Positions 16,962-25,726 are shown, counted from the first letter of the stretch. The stretch is 61,763 nt of DNA from Gallionellaceae bacterium (GCA_003445795.1 DMCN01000066.1:23294-85056), one strand, 5' to 3'. Notes: a model not told the origin generated them from the sequence alone. A program made the numbers and translations.

Positions 16962-17012
16962 TTATGGCCGGGTTGCAGCCCGGCCATAAGGGTGCCGCGA
17001 AAGCGGCTTTGT
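16962..17012 (+). terminator. Tandem hairpins between transposase and ATPase
   Basis: 11-bp stem 16962-16989 and GCCGC-GAAA-GCGGC-TTTGT (16994-17012). Confidence 0.5.
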
Positions 17013-17079
17013 AACGACGACGGAGGGATTGTAGCAATGAAAACCGGAAACGCAAACCACAGTGAGTCGGAGGTACGCC

Positions 17080-18321
17080 ATGCGCACCGCGACCATTCTT
17101 AAACCGCAGGAGGCCCAATACATGCCGCTCAAACTCAAAGGCGTCCTGGCACGCCTTGGTATCCGCCAGTCCGAATGGGCCGCCTCCATCAAGCAAGAGG
17201 GGCGCGGTGTCGACGGCAAGCCGCTGTCGCTCTCCGCAGCCACGCAGATCATGAACTGGGGCGTCTGGCCCAAGCTCACCTCTGCCGAAAGCATCAAGCG
17301 CCAGACCGAAGAACTGCTGCGCCGCCATGACGTGGACGAGGTGGATATCGCCTTGGTGTGGGAAGTGGATGATGCCGATTCCGCCCGCTGCGCCCACCCC
17401 GTCAACGTACACCTCGGCCAGCAGTCCGGCCACCTGAAACCTGAAATCGAACCATTGGAGATCGAAATGCTCAGTCCAAACGCCAAGAAACAATTTGCAA
17501 TCCTCCGCGACCCATTCATCGACGACGTGCAGTCCGCCGCCGACGTGTTCCTCAGCGCAGACCAGCGCTACATCCGCGAAGCCATGTACAGCACGGCCAA
17601 GCACGGCGGCATGCTGGCCGTGGTGGGCGAATCCGGCGCGGGCAAGACAGTACTGCGCCGCGATCTGATCGACCGCGTGCAGCGCGACAGCCAGCTGATC
17701 GTGCTGATCCAGCCGCGCCTGATCGACAAGGGCACCATGACTGCAGGCGGCATCTGCGAGGCCATCATCGGCGACCTGCGCGAAGGCGAGAAGATCCCGC
17801 GCAGTCTCGAAGCCAAGGCCCGCAAGGTCGAAAGCCTGCTCAAGGATTCCAGCCGCGCCGGTAACGTGCACTGCCTGCTTCTCGAAGAGGCCCACGACCT
17901 CAGCATCCAGACCCTCAAGTACCTCAAGCGCTTCTGGGAACTGGAAGACGGCTTCAAGAAACTGCTCAGCATCGTCATGGTCGGCCAGCCCGAGCTGAAG
18001 ATGAAGCTGGACGAGCGCGTGCACTACGAGGCGCGCGAAGTGATCCGCCGCTGCGAAGTGGCCGAATTGGCCCCGCTGGATCGCAACCTGGAAGAGTACC
18101 TGGCACTCAAGTTCAAGCGCATCGGCAAGAACGTGGACGAACTGATCGCCAAAGACGCCTACGACGCCATGCGCGCCCGCCTGACCCGCAACAAGGGCGC
18201 AGGCAAGGCCGTCTCGATGGTTTACCCGCTGACCGTGAACAACCTGGTGACCAGCGCCCTGAACCTTGCCGCCGAGATCGGCGCGGACAAGATCACCGCC
18301 GACGTCATCAAGGAACTCTGA
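17080..18321 (+). CDS. Transposition AAA+ ATPase (MuB/ExeA-like) with an N-terminal HTH
   Basis: Walker A GESGAGKT, Walker B 'LLLEEAHDL', 'VMVGQPEL'. Two in-frame ATGs with GGAGG RBS (17080, 17122). Confidence 0.9.
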   Translation: MRTATILKPQEAQYMPLKLKGVLARLGIRQSEWAASIKQEGRGVDGKPLSLSAATQIMNWGVWPKLTSAESIKRQTEELLRRHDVDEVDIALVWEVDDADSARCAHPVNVHLGQQSGHLKPEIEPLEIEMLSPNAKKQFAILRDPFIDDVQSAADVFLSADQRYIREAMYSTAKHGGMLAVVGESGAGKTVLRRDLIDRVQRDSQLIVLIQPRLIDKGTMTAGGICEAIIGDLREGEKIPRSLEAKARKVESLLKDSSRAGNVHCLLLEEAHDLSIQTLKYLKRFWELEDGFKKLLSIVMVGQPELKMKLDERVHYEAREVIRRCEVAELAPLDRNLEEYLALKFKRIGKNVDELIAKDAYDAMRARLTRNKGAGKAVSMVYPLTVNNLVTSALNLAAEIGADKITADVIKEL

Positions 18322-18331
18322 GGAGAACGCC

Positions 18332-18592
18332 ATGATCGCCTATTGCTACAGAAGCGGCCAGATTCGGTTTGGCCGAAAAGTTCCGGAGGGTGCGATTCAA
18401 GTCGCGGTCGGACCAGCGAAGCCACTGCGCGAACTGATCCGCAATGTTGCCCGGCACGCCTATGACGGAGTGACGTTGCTCGTCCCAGGCATTCCGGAGG
18501 CAGCATCGGATGAGGACGCTGGAGACGCTCTCCAGCGTTTCCTAGTCTGGATCGCGCCGCGCGTTGCTGAAATGCAGGGAGGTAAATCATGA
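18332..18592 (+). CDS. Small early protein (family often annotated host-nuclease inhibitor)
   Basis: AGGAG RBS; 'AYCYRSGQI.FG..VPEGAI', 'LLVPGIPEA'. Confidence 0.6.
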   Translation: MIAYCYRSGQIRFGRKVPEGAIQVAVGPAKPLRELIRNVARHAYDGVTLLVPGIPEAASDEDAGDALQRFLVWIAPRVAEMQGGKS

Positions 18593-18888
18593 TCGACCAC
18601 GCCCCCCGCATACGCGCACAGCAACAAGCAGCGCAGGAAAACGCCTTCATGGCCGACCTCGAACAGCGCAGCGCCCCGCTGCACTGGGCGCTGATCGCTG
18701 CCGTGGTTGTCCTGGTGCTGGCGGGCGCAGCAGACCAAGCCAGCACCTACGTCGCACACTACATGGACCTGTCACTCGCCAACGAAAAGCTGGTGCAGTG
18801 CATGAACGGCGGGCTGGTCAATGTCGGCGGCGTGTTCGTGACGTGCAACGAACACACCAGCACCATCATCGCGCAGGTGACGCCGTGA
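18589..18888 (+). CDS. Hypothetical single-TM protein
   Basis: GGAGG RBS; hydrophobic 'WALIAAVVVLVLAGAA'; coupled overlaps. Confidence 0.6.
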   Translation: MIDHAPRIRAQQQAAQENAFMADLEQRSAPLHWALIAAVVVLVLAGAADQASTYVAHYMDLSLANEKLVQCMNGGLVNVGGVFVTCNEHTSTIIAQVTP

Positions 18889-19166
18889 ACGCCGTGGAAC
18901 GCCTCCAACTCGCGCAGGTGGCCGACTACTGCGTGCGCTGGCTCAAGGTGAACGGCATCAAGGTGCAGCGCGTGGAAGGCGACACAGAGCAGCCGTGCAT
19001 CATCGTCAAGCACAACGCCATGTGCGACCTCTTCGAAGGCATCGTGCTGGCATACGAGCGCAGCCAGCACGGCGAACGTCGCTACGGATGGGTGTACCGT
19101 CACGGGTGCCAGATCAAGTGGGTGGTGCCTGCGCCGAATCCGCATCAGGTTGGGAGGATGGCATGA
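18885..19166 (+). CDS. Hypothetical early protein
   Basis: GTG start overlapping the previous stop; 'GCQIKW' C-terminal motif. Confidence 0.6.
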   Translation: MNAVERLQLAQVADYCVRWLKVNGIKVQRVEGDTEQPCIIVKHNAMCDLFEGIVLAYERSQHGERRYGWVYRHGCQIKWVVPAPNPHQVGRMA

Positions 19167-19408
19167 GCCGCCTTGTCCAATACGAGCAGTACGACATGAT
19201 GCTGAGCCTGCGCAACGGCATCAGCCAGGCTGTGGCAACCGGCAGCGAGGCAGAAGCCCACGCAGCGGTCGGACGCCTGCAGGGCTACCTGATCGGCCTG
19301 CACACGGCTGGCGAGATTGAGAAGGGCGACGTGGCCGTGCTTGAGGCCGACATGATGTCCGGCATCGCCTTCCTCTACAACGCAAGGAAGGCTGGCCATG
19401 CTCACTGA
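19163..19408 (+). CDS. Hypothetical early protein
   Basis: GGGAGG RBS, ATGA overlap; 'VGRLQGYLIGL'. Confidence 0.6.
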   Translation: MSRLVQYEQYDMMLSLRNGISQAVATGSEAEAHAAVGRLQGYLIGLHTAGEIEKGDVAVLEADMMSGIAFLYNARKAGHAH

Positions 19409-20276
19409 CCTTACCCACCAGAAGATCCTCGCCATGCTGGCCGGATGCGATTCGCAGAAGCCCATGCCCTTCGACACCCTTGTGGAAAAGACAGGCCTGC
19501 TGCCTGAAACGCTCAGCCTGGTGCTGGACCAGATGCAGCACAGCCTACCGGCCACCATCAACAGCTGCGCCATCACCAAGGGCGGAAGCAAACAGACCGT
19601 GTACTGGCCGACGGGCGCAGTGGGCAACCCGCTCTCGTTCCATCAGATCAACAACCGCAACTGGCAGCGCGCCCTGGACGAAAAGGCTTCGGTCCGCAGG
19701 GAAGAGGTGCGGCCGGCCGCTTCAACAGAACAGGAACAAACCATGACCAAATCCACTGGCGTAGGCAAAGGGGCGCAACCCAGCGCGCTGAATCAAACCC
19801 TCTACAACCTGATCCTCGCATCGCCCGGCATCAGCGAAGACGAACTGGTCAAGCGCGTGCTGAAAGATGACCCGGAAGAAACGGAAAAGCACATCCGCAA
19901 AACGCTGGCGAACATGCGCCTCATCGGCAAAAAGGTTCGCGGTGAAGGCAAGCGCGGAAACCGTCAATACCACCTCGACAGCCGGTGGAACACCTTGGTT
20001 GTTACACCGGCCGCACAGCAGACCGGCGACACGGTAGTCACAGGAAAAGAGACGGCCCTGCGCTGCGCTGCCGAAGCGACTGCGCATCATGTCGAAAGTG
20101 AAACAAAAGTCGCACATCTGGCATCTGTTGCGGGGGACGAAGTGTTCAGCATCGACATCGACGACCAGAACAATCTGTTCATCAGCGTCGGCGATCAGGA
20201 TCTGCGGCTCGCCCCCCCCCAAACCGCACGGCTGCATGCCTTCATGCGCCGCGTGCAGCTTGAGGTGCCTGCGTGA
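19398..20276 (+). CDS. Hypothetical protein with winged-helix-like segments
   Basis: 292-aa ORF with overlapping starts and stops; two HTH-like stretches. Confidence 0.6.
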   Translation: MLTDLTHQKILAMLAGCDSQKPMPFDTLVEKTGLLPETLSLVLDQMQHSLPATINSCAITKGGSKQTVYWPTGAVGNPLSFHQINNRNWQRALDEKASVRREEVRPAASTEQEQTMTKSTGVGKGAQPSALNQTLYNLILASPGISEDELVKRVLKDDPEETEKHIRKTLANMRLIGKKVRGEGKRGNRQYHLDSRWNTLVVTPAAQQTGDTVVTGKETALRCAAEATAHHVESETKVAHLASVAGDEVFSIDIDDQNNLFISVGDQDLRLAPPQTARLHAFMRRVQLEVPA

Positions 20277-20821
20277 AAACCTCCTGCCCAGCCTGCGGCG
20301 CTGCCTTCTCGCTCGATGTTCTCATCGGCAACGAAGGCGCGCGCGAGGCCGTCATGGCCGCGCTGGCCATCCCTGCGCCCCTTGGCAAGCTGCTCGTGCA
20401 GTACCTCGGCCTCTTCCGCCCCGCGCAGCGCCAGCTCTCGTTTGATCGCGTGGCGAACCTGCTGGGCGAACTGCTGCCGCTGATCGCCGAAGCCAAGATC
20501 GAGCGCAACGGCCGCATCTGGTCCGCCCCGCAGGACTACTGGGCGGCGGCGCTGAACGAGATGCTGGCAAAGCGAGACGCACTCACCCTGCCGTTAAAAA
20601 GCCACGGTTACCTGCTGGCGATCATCGAAGGCTACAGCAGCAAGGCCGAAGCCAAGCAGGAGGCAGGCACCGAGGCGCGGCGCGGCGGATACACGCAGGT
20701 GGGCAGTGCAGCGACAAAGCCCGTCGACCAGGTGTTGGGGCCAGTCACAAACAAACCGCGCAGCACCCCGCCGAATCTCAGGGCAGCCCTACGAAAAGGA
20801 GAAAACGATGGCATCCAGTGA
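20273..20821 (+). CDS. Conserved transposable-phage early protein with N-terminal CxxC
   Basis: 'CPACGAAFSLD', 'YLGLFRP..RQLS.DRVA.LL.EL', 'LPLKSHGYL'. Confidence 0.7.
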   Translation: MKTSCPACGAAFSLDVLIGNEGAREAVMAALAIPAPLGKLLVQYLGLFRPAQRQLSFDRVANLLGELLPLIAEAKIERNGRIWSAPQDYWAAALNEMLAKRDALTLPLKSHGYLLAIIEGYSSKAEAKQEAGTEARRGGYTQVGSAATKPVDQVLGPVTNKPRSTPPNLRAALRKGENDGIQ

Positions 20822-21125
20822 CCAGCTTCTCAACCTGCTCAGCCGCCACATCGGCAAGGGCAACGGCATCGGCGTCAAGCAGCTCGCGGAGCAGCTTGGT
20901 ACACCAGAGCGCCACGTCCGCACCCTGGTGAGCGACCTACGCGACGAAGGCCACGCCATCTGCGGCACGCCGAAGCACGGCTACTACATCGCCGCCACCT
21001 CGGAAGAGCTGACGCAGACCTGCGAATTCCTGCGCAACCGCGCCATGCATAGCTTGGGGCTGGAAGCCAAGCTGCGCCGTATCCCGCTGCCCGATCTGCT
21101 CGGGCAGCTTCACCTACCAACTTAG
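20808..21125 (+). CDS. HTH_11-like protein
   Basis: 'HIGKGNGIGVKQLAEQLG..ERHVRTLVSDLRDEGHAIC....GYYIA'. Confidence 0.7.
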   Translation: MASSDQLLNLLSRHIGKGNGIGVKQLAEQLGTPERHVRTLVSDLRDEGHAICGTPKHGYYIAATSEELTQTCEFLRNRAMHSLGLEAKLRRIPLPDLLGQLHLPT

Positions 21126-21183
21126 CGAAACTATTTCGCACTCAATTCCCGTTAAACGAAATCGACCCACAAAGGAGACACAC

Positions 21184-21705
21184 ATGGCAACCATGCAAGA
21201 GATCGAAACCAAGGCCAAGGCACACGCCCAGGCACGCGAGAAGCTGAGCGAGATCGTCACCGAGCTGCAGAGCGAGATCGACGCCGCCAGCCATCGCCAC
21301 ATGAAGAACATCAAGGCCGCCGTGAGCAAGGCCGCGACCACCGGCGACGAGCTGCTGCGCCTGGTCAGGGATTCGCAGAAGCTGTTCACCAAGCCCAAGA
21401 GCGTGGTACTGCACGGCATCAAGCTGGGCTACAAGAAACAGAAGGGCAAGATCGAGTTCGACGATCCGGACCAGGTGATCAAGCTGATCCGCAAGCACTG
21501 CCCGGATCTGGAAGACACGCTGATCGCGACCACCGAGACGCCGTCGAAGGAAGCGCTGAACAACCTGACCGCAGACGTACTCAAGAAACTGGGCGTCAAA
21601 GTCACCAGCGACACCGACGTGGTGTTTATCGCGCCGGCCGACAGCGATGTGGACAAGATGGTCAATGCCTTGGTGAAGGGCGCAGATGATCAGGAGGCGG
21701 TATGA
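21184..21705 (+). CDS. gam: Gam-family host-nuclease inhibitor
   Basis: AAGGAG RBS; coiled-coil N-terminus, 'LFTKPKSVVLHGIKLGY.K.KGKI', 'TPSKEAL'. Confidence 0.75.
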   Translation: MATMQEIETKAKAHAQAREKLSEIVTELQSEIDAASHRHMKNIKAAVSKAATTGDELLRLVRDSQKLFTKPKSVVLHGIKLGYKKQKGKIEFDDPDQVIKLIRKHCPDLEDTLIATTETPSKEALNNLTADVLKKLGVKVTSDTDVVFIAPADSDVDKMVNALVKGADDQEAV

Positions 21706-21824
21706 ACCTGTTCATCCTGGCATTGATCATGGCCGGTCTGTTCGCCGCTGCCGTCTCCCTCATCCTGTGGGCGCTGGGCGTGCTGGAGTTTGAGTGCAAG
21801 CGTGTCGAGGGGGATGAGCAATGA
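21702..21824 (+). CDS. 40-aa single-TM peptide
   Basis: MNLFILALIMAGLFAAAVSLILWALGVLEFECKRVEGDEQ; ATGA overlaps at both ends. Confidence 0.6.
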   Translation: MNLFILALIMAGLFAAAVSLILWALGVLEFECKRVEGDEQ

Positions 21825-22645
21825 ACGTCGTCCAGAAACTGAGCCCTAACACATTCGAGAACGAATACATCCTGGGCATCCTGAACCACCTGGTGGCTGA
21901 AATGCACACAGCCAAGCCGCCCGCCCAGATTCTGGACAAGTACGCGGTAGAGCTGACGGCGTACATGAACGGCAAGAACCCGCCCGCAATGAAGTTCAGC
22001 GTGCAGGAACTGCGGCCGGAGGTGATGGGGTTCGCGCTGCTGATGGAGGCACGGCTACGCATCAAAGACGCGGACAAGGGCCAGAGCTGGAAATCGATGG
22101 CATTGCACGATCTGTGCGTCCCGATGACTTGCAAGGCCGTCATGCTGGAACGCGAGCTGGACGGGGTTCAACACGGCCGCCCGCTCAGCGTAGCCGTGAC
22201 CAAGCACTCCGTCGACCTCGCCAACTTCTGCATGATGATCGCGGATGTGGCGGGGGCGCTGGAAGATACGAACGATAACGGTGGTGCTGGCTGGCCCGGC
22301 CTCAACCAGGTGCAGGGCATGAAGACATACGACCTGATCGATCACCTCCAGCGCCAGCAGGACTTCTCCCTGCGCACGTTTGGCCCAGGCATGCGGACTG
22401 ACGGCCTGATCGATCACGTCAAGAAAGAGCTTGCCGAAATCAAGGAAGACCCGACCGATGTCACCGAGTGGATCGACGTGATGCTGTTGGCAATGGACGG
22501 CGCATGGCGTGCCGGATACGACGCCGAGAGTATCTGCCAGGCGCTGAGGGCGAAGCTGGAAAAGAACATCGCCCGCACTTGGCCGGACTGGCGCGCGGTC
22601 GACCCAAACAAAGCAATCGAACACGTCTCAAAGAGTCACGGCTAA
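21821..22645 (+). CDS. DUF550 (dATP/dGTP pyrophosphohydrolase-type) protein with a second MazG-like domain
   Basis: C-terminal 'RTFGPG.RTDGLIDHVKKELAEI..DPTDVTEWIDVMLLAMDGAWRAG...KLEKNIARTWPDWR'; middle 'FALLMEARL..KD..KG..W...HSVDLANFCMMIAD'. Confidence 0.8.
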   Translation: MNVVQKLSPNTFENEYILGILNHLVAEMHTAKPPAQILDKYAVELTAYMNGKNPPAMKFSVQELRPEVMGFALLMEARLRIKDADKGQSWKSMALHDLCVPMTCKAVMLERELDGVQHGRPLSVAVTKHSVDLANFCMMIADVAGALEDTNDNGGAGWPGLNQVQGMKTYDLIDHLQRQQDFSLRTFGPGMRTDGLIDHVKKELAEIKEDPTDVTEWIDVMLLAMDGAWRAGYDAESICQALRAKLEKNIARTWPDWRAVDPNKAIEHVSKSHG

Positions 22646-22711
22646 GGGCGCGCCGTGGTTCGCATTACCCGCCCATGTTTCAGACTTACCGTTAACTACA
22701 AGGAGTATCAA

Positions 22712-22993
22712 ATGAACCAAGCTGAACTGATCAACAAGATTTCCTCCAACGCCACGAATGAAGGCATTTCCAAGACCACGATCAAGTGGGTGCTGGATCA
22801 ACAAGGTCTCGCCGCCCAGGACGAGTTGGCAAACGGTGGCGAAGTCACGCTAATCGGCATCGGCAAGCTGACCGTCAAGCAAAGCGCAGCGCGCAAGGGC
22901 CGCAACCCCGCCACCGGCGCTGAGATGCAGATCGCGGCCAAGAAAGCGCCGAAGTTCAGCGCAGCCAAGGCGCTGAAGGACGCGGTGGCCTAG
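22712..22993 (+). CDS. HU-family DNA-binding protein
   Basis: AAGGAG RBS; 'GGEVTLIGIGKL.V....ARKGRNPATGAEMQIAAK..PKF.A.KALKDAV'. Confidence 0.9.
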   Translation: MNQAELINKISSNATNEGISKTTIKWVLDQQGLAAQDELANGGEVTLIGIGKLTVKQSAARKGRNPATGAEMQIAAKKAPKFSAAKALKDAVA

Positions 22994-23008
22994 CCAATCG
23001 CCTAAAGC

Positions 23009-23080
23009 CCGTTCGTGGTGAGCTTGTCGAACCATGAGCGGACTTTGGGAGATGTGCTTCGACAGGCTCAGCACGAACGG
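23009..23080. repeat. Host-type REP doublet inside the prophage
   Basis: CCGTTCGTGGTGAGCTTGTCGAA (23009-23031) inverted to TTCGACAGGCTCAGCACGAACGG (23058-23080), 21/23 complementary; same family as host copies at 40531-40555 and 40594-40619. Confidence 0.85.
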
Positions 23081-23087
23081 AGGAAAA

Positions 23088-23522
23088 GTGAAATCGAGTC
23101 GCCCCAACAAATACCCAGCCCGCTACGCCGAGCAGAAACGCGAGATCCAGCTGATCAAGATCGCGCAGAAGCAGCTCGGCATGGATGACGACGCGTACCG
23201 TGACATCCTGTTCACGCTCACGCGCAAGCGTTCGTCGACGGAGCTGGACTTTGCGGAGCGTAAAAAGGTTTTGGAACATTTCGAAGCGTGCGGCTTCAAG
23301 CGCACGCCCAAGCAACCGCGCAAGCTGGCCGACGATCCGCAGAGCAAGCTGATCCGTTCGCTGTGGCTGCAGCTGCACGAGGCGGGCAAGGTGCGTAACC
23401 CTTCCGAGTCTGCGCTGGCCGCGTTCGTGAAGCGCCAGGTGGGCCGTGACGATCTGCACTGGCTGAATGCCCGCGAGGCGTCGTCGGTGATCGAGGATCT
23501 GAAAAAATGGCTGGCACGCTAG
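23088..23522 (+). CDS. gemA: GemA/DUF1018 regulatory protein
   Basis: 'IKIAQKQLGMDDDAYRDIL....KRSSTEL', 'KLIRSLW..L...G.VRNPSE.AL.AFVKRQ'. GTG 23088 has a GGAGG RBS. Confidence 0.85.
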   Translation: MKSSRPNKYPARYAEQKREIQLIKIAQKQLGMDDDAYRDILFTLTRKRSSTELDFAERKKVLEHFEACGFKRTPKQPRKLADDPQSKLIRSLWLQLHEAGKVRNPSESALAAFVKRQVGRDDLHWLNAREASSVIEDLKKWLAR

Positions 23523-23911
23523 TCCTGGACGAATCCGATCTGGATCTGCTGCCGCCCAGCATGCGGCAGTTTGCGCTGGAGTACGGGCTGCCGGCGTTGT
23601 TGTGCCTGGTGGAGGCTTACGCCGGGACCCGTGTGCGGGTGCCGGTAAATCCGAACACCGAGTCGGATCTGTTCCGGGTGCTTGGGGGCGAGGTATATCT
23701 CGCCCTGGTGAAGGCGCACCCCGGCGAGACGTACGAGGTGGCGCGCTGCCTGCGCGCAGCGCGGCACCTGGTGTATCGGCAGATCCAGAAGGACAGCCTG
23801 GAGCTGTCGCAGCGCGAGCTGGCGCTGAAGTACAAATACACCGAGCGGCACATCCGCAACATCGAGATGCTGGGTGAGGTTCCCCCGGATCGGAACGGGA
23901 GCCTTTTTTAG
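23507..23911 (+). CDS. mor: Mor/C-family transcription activator
   Basis: 'LVEAYAGTRVRVP', C-terminal 'SQRELALKYKYTERHIRNI'; last gene of the early operon. Confidence 0.8.
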   Translation: MAGTLVLDESDLDLLPPSMRQFALEYGLPALLCLVEAYAGTRVRVPVNPNTESDLFRVLGGEVYLALVKAHPGETYEVARCLRAARHLVYRQIQKDSLELSQRELALKYKYTERHIRNIEMLGEVPPDRNGSLF

Positions 23912-24074
23912 GCTCTAGGACGGGGCGGGTGCGGCGGATGTACGGATTTGCACCCACTGAGCGCGCCAAGGACTTTATAAAGCGTTTTATAGGCGAGTTG
24001 AGATTGATGCCGGGGTGCGTTTTTTGCATTTGCTTTTGATCCGTACTCTGCTACTCTAAAAAAAGCACCTCACC

Positions 24075-24102
24075 AGCCCCGCACTCGCGGGGCTTTCTTA
24101 TT
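24075..24102 (+). terminator. Intrinsic terminator of the early operon
   Basis: AGCCCCGC-ACTC-GCGGGGCT followed by TTCTTATT. Confidence 0.75.
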
Positions 24103-24148
24103 GCGGAAACGTTTCCGGCTTAACTGCATCGGTCGCCATCGCCAGAAT
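24101..24148 (+). promoter_or_regulatory. Late promoter (right arm): dyad CGGAAACGTTTCCG + CTTAAC-N18-CAGAAT
   Basis: Identical 24-mer to 11194-11217 (inverted). Confidence 0.75.
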
Positions 24149-24155
24149 GGCAACC

Positions 24156-25265
24156 ATGAAACGCAAACCCAAATCCCCTGCTCTTGGCTTCGCCGTCGCC
24201 GCCTGTTCGGTGGCGATGAATGCTGCAGGCGAGATCCAGCTCACACCCGCAGGCGTCTTTCGTGGCAACGATGGCCGCCCGAAGGATGCGCCGCACTGGG
24301 TGATGGATGCGCAGGCCGCCCAGGATGTAATCGCATTCTGCTCTGCGCGCCAGAACGAATTCGTCATCGACTACGAACACCAGACCCTGCTGGCCGAAAA
24401 GAACGGCCAGCCCGCTCCTGCGGCGGGCTGGTTCTCCGGTGCTGCGCTGCGCTGGGAGGAAGGCGTCGGCCTGTTCGTCAAATCCCGCTGGACATCCCGC
24501 GCTCAGGAATTCATCTCCAACGATGAATACAAGTACATCTCGCCGGTGATCCTCTACGAGAAGGTCACCGGTCGCATCAAAGGCATCATCAGTGCCGCCC
24601 TCACCAATACCGCTTGCATCGACGGCATGGACGAAGTGCTGTCCCGTGCCGCCGCCAGTTTCATGTTGGACGAATCAACCTCAAAGGAGAATGGAATGGA
24701 TGAACTGCTCGAACAGCTGCGCTGGTTTTTCAACATGCCGACGCTGGCAACCGCCGAAGATATCCTCGCGGAACTGAAAAAAGCCGTCGACAAGATCAAG
24801 ACAGCCGCGCCGGAAGCAACTGCCGCTGCCGGCTTCCGTGTCGACAACCTGGTCGCCTCGCTCGGCACCGAAGTCGCCGCGCTGAAGTCTGCATCGCCAG
24901 ATCCTGCCAAGTTTGTGCCGGTGGACACCATGCAGGCGCTTCAGACCGAACTGGCAGCGCTGCGCAGCGAGAAGACCGAGCGTGAAGTCGGCGAGGTGGT
25001 CACCGCCGCGCTGTCGTCCGGCAAGCTGCTGCCGCCCCAGGAGAAGTGGGCGCGCGATCTGGGCATGAAGGATCTCGATGCGCTGAATGGCTACGTCGAG
25101 AGCGCGCAAGGTGTGGCCGCACTGACATCCACTCAGACCAAAGGCAAGCAGCCCCAGGGCACGGCTGATGCAAACGGCCTCGACGAAACCCAGCTCGCAG
25201 CATGCAAGTTGCTGGGGGTCGATCCGGCCGATTACGCCAAGACTTTGTCCGGCGTAGACGACTAA
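24156..25265 (+). CDS. Prohead protease I with internal scaffolding protein Z
   Basis: 'IQLTPAG.F...DGRP', 'VIDYEHQT', 'APAAGW', 'YKYISPV', 'SAALTN'. Internal AAGGAG + in-frame ATG at 24696 as in Mu I/Z. ORF-track start 24147 overlaps the -10. Confidence 0.9.
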   Translation: MKRKPKSPALGFAVAACSVAMNAAGEIQLTPAGVFRGNDGRPKDAPHWVMDAQAAQDVIAFCSARQNEFVIDYEHQTLLAEKNGQPAPAAGWFSGAALRWEEGVGLFVKSRWTSRAQEFISNDEYKYISPVILYEKVTGRIKGIISAALTNTACIDGMDEVLSRAAASFMLDESTSKENGMDELLEQLRWFFNMPTLATAEDILAELKKAVDKIKTAAPEATAAAGFRVDNLVASLGTEVAALKSASPDPAKFVPVDTMQALQTELAALRSEKTEREVGEVVTAALSSGKLLPPQEKWARDLGMKDLDALNGYVESAQGVAALTSTQTKGKQPQGTADANGLDETQLAACKLLGVDPADYAKTLSGVDD

Positions 25266-25285
25266 CCAACCAACGGGAGAACAAC

Positions 25286-25687
25286 ATGGCTTTAGCAGCT
25301 GATCGCGATACACATATGCAGGATGGCGAGCTGATCTCGGCGCCCATCGCTGCCAACGTCAAGGCATTTGCGGGCGGCCTCGCTGCTGCGAACGCCACCG
25401 GCTACGCCACCCCCGGCGCAGTCGCCACCACGCTGACCTACCTGGGGCGCTTCGAAGAGACCGTGGACAACACGGGCGGTGCCGCCGGTGCAAAGAACGT
25501 TCAGATTCGCCGCAAGAAAGCGTTCAAGTTTAAAAACTCCGGCGCGGATGCGGTGACTCAGGCCAGCCTCGGCAAGGTCTGCTACATCGTGGACGACGAA
25601 ACCGTTGCTTTGACGAACGGCGGCAACACGCGTTCTGCGGCTGGCACCGTCATTGGCTTGGACGCTGATGGCGTCTGGGTGCAGTAA
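25286..25687 (+). CDS. DUF2190-like head decoration/cement protein
   Basis: GGGAGA RBS; 'ALAADRDT', 'VTQASLGKVCYIVDDETVA', 'RSAAGTV...D.DGVWV'. Confidence 0.75.
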   Translation: MALAADRDTHMQDGELISAPIAANVKAFAGGLAAANATGYATPGAVATTLTYLGRFEETVDNTGGAAGAKNVQIRRKKAFKFKNSGADAVTQASLGKVCYIVDDETVALTNGGNTRSAAGTVIGLDADGVWVQ

Positions 25688-25726
25688 TCCGTCGACCACA
25701 TCCCTCTACCAATTAGGAGATATCAC

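Noticed and set aside
14391-18333. Long antisense ORFs (14391-15470, 15492-16478, 16876-18333)
   Set aside because: Shadow frames of GC-rich genes with clear sense-strand homology.
21821-22645. Z-base (diaminopurine) genome pathway suggested by DUF550
   Set aside because: No purZ-like or polymerase gene in the prophage; the family is common without it.
23034-23087. N-terminal extension of GemA from ATG 23034
   Set aside because: It is translated REP sequence; GTG 23088 has the better RBS.
23912-24075. Mu-type strong gyrase site in the AT-rich spacer before protease I
   Set aside because: Position is analogous but off-centre (prophage midpoint ~20480), and I cannot recognise the site from sequence.
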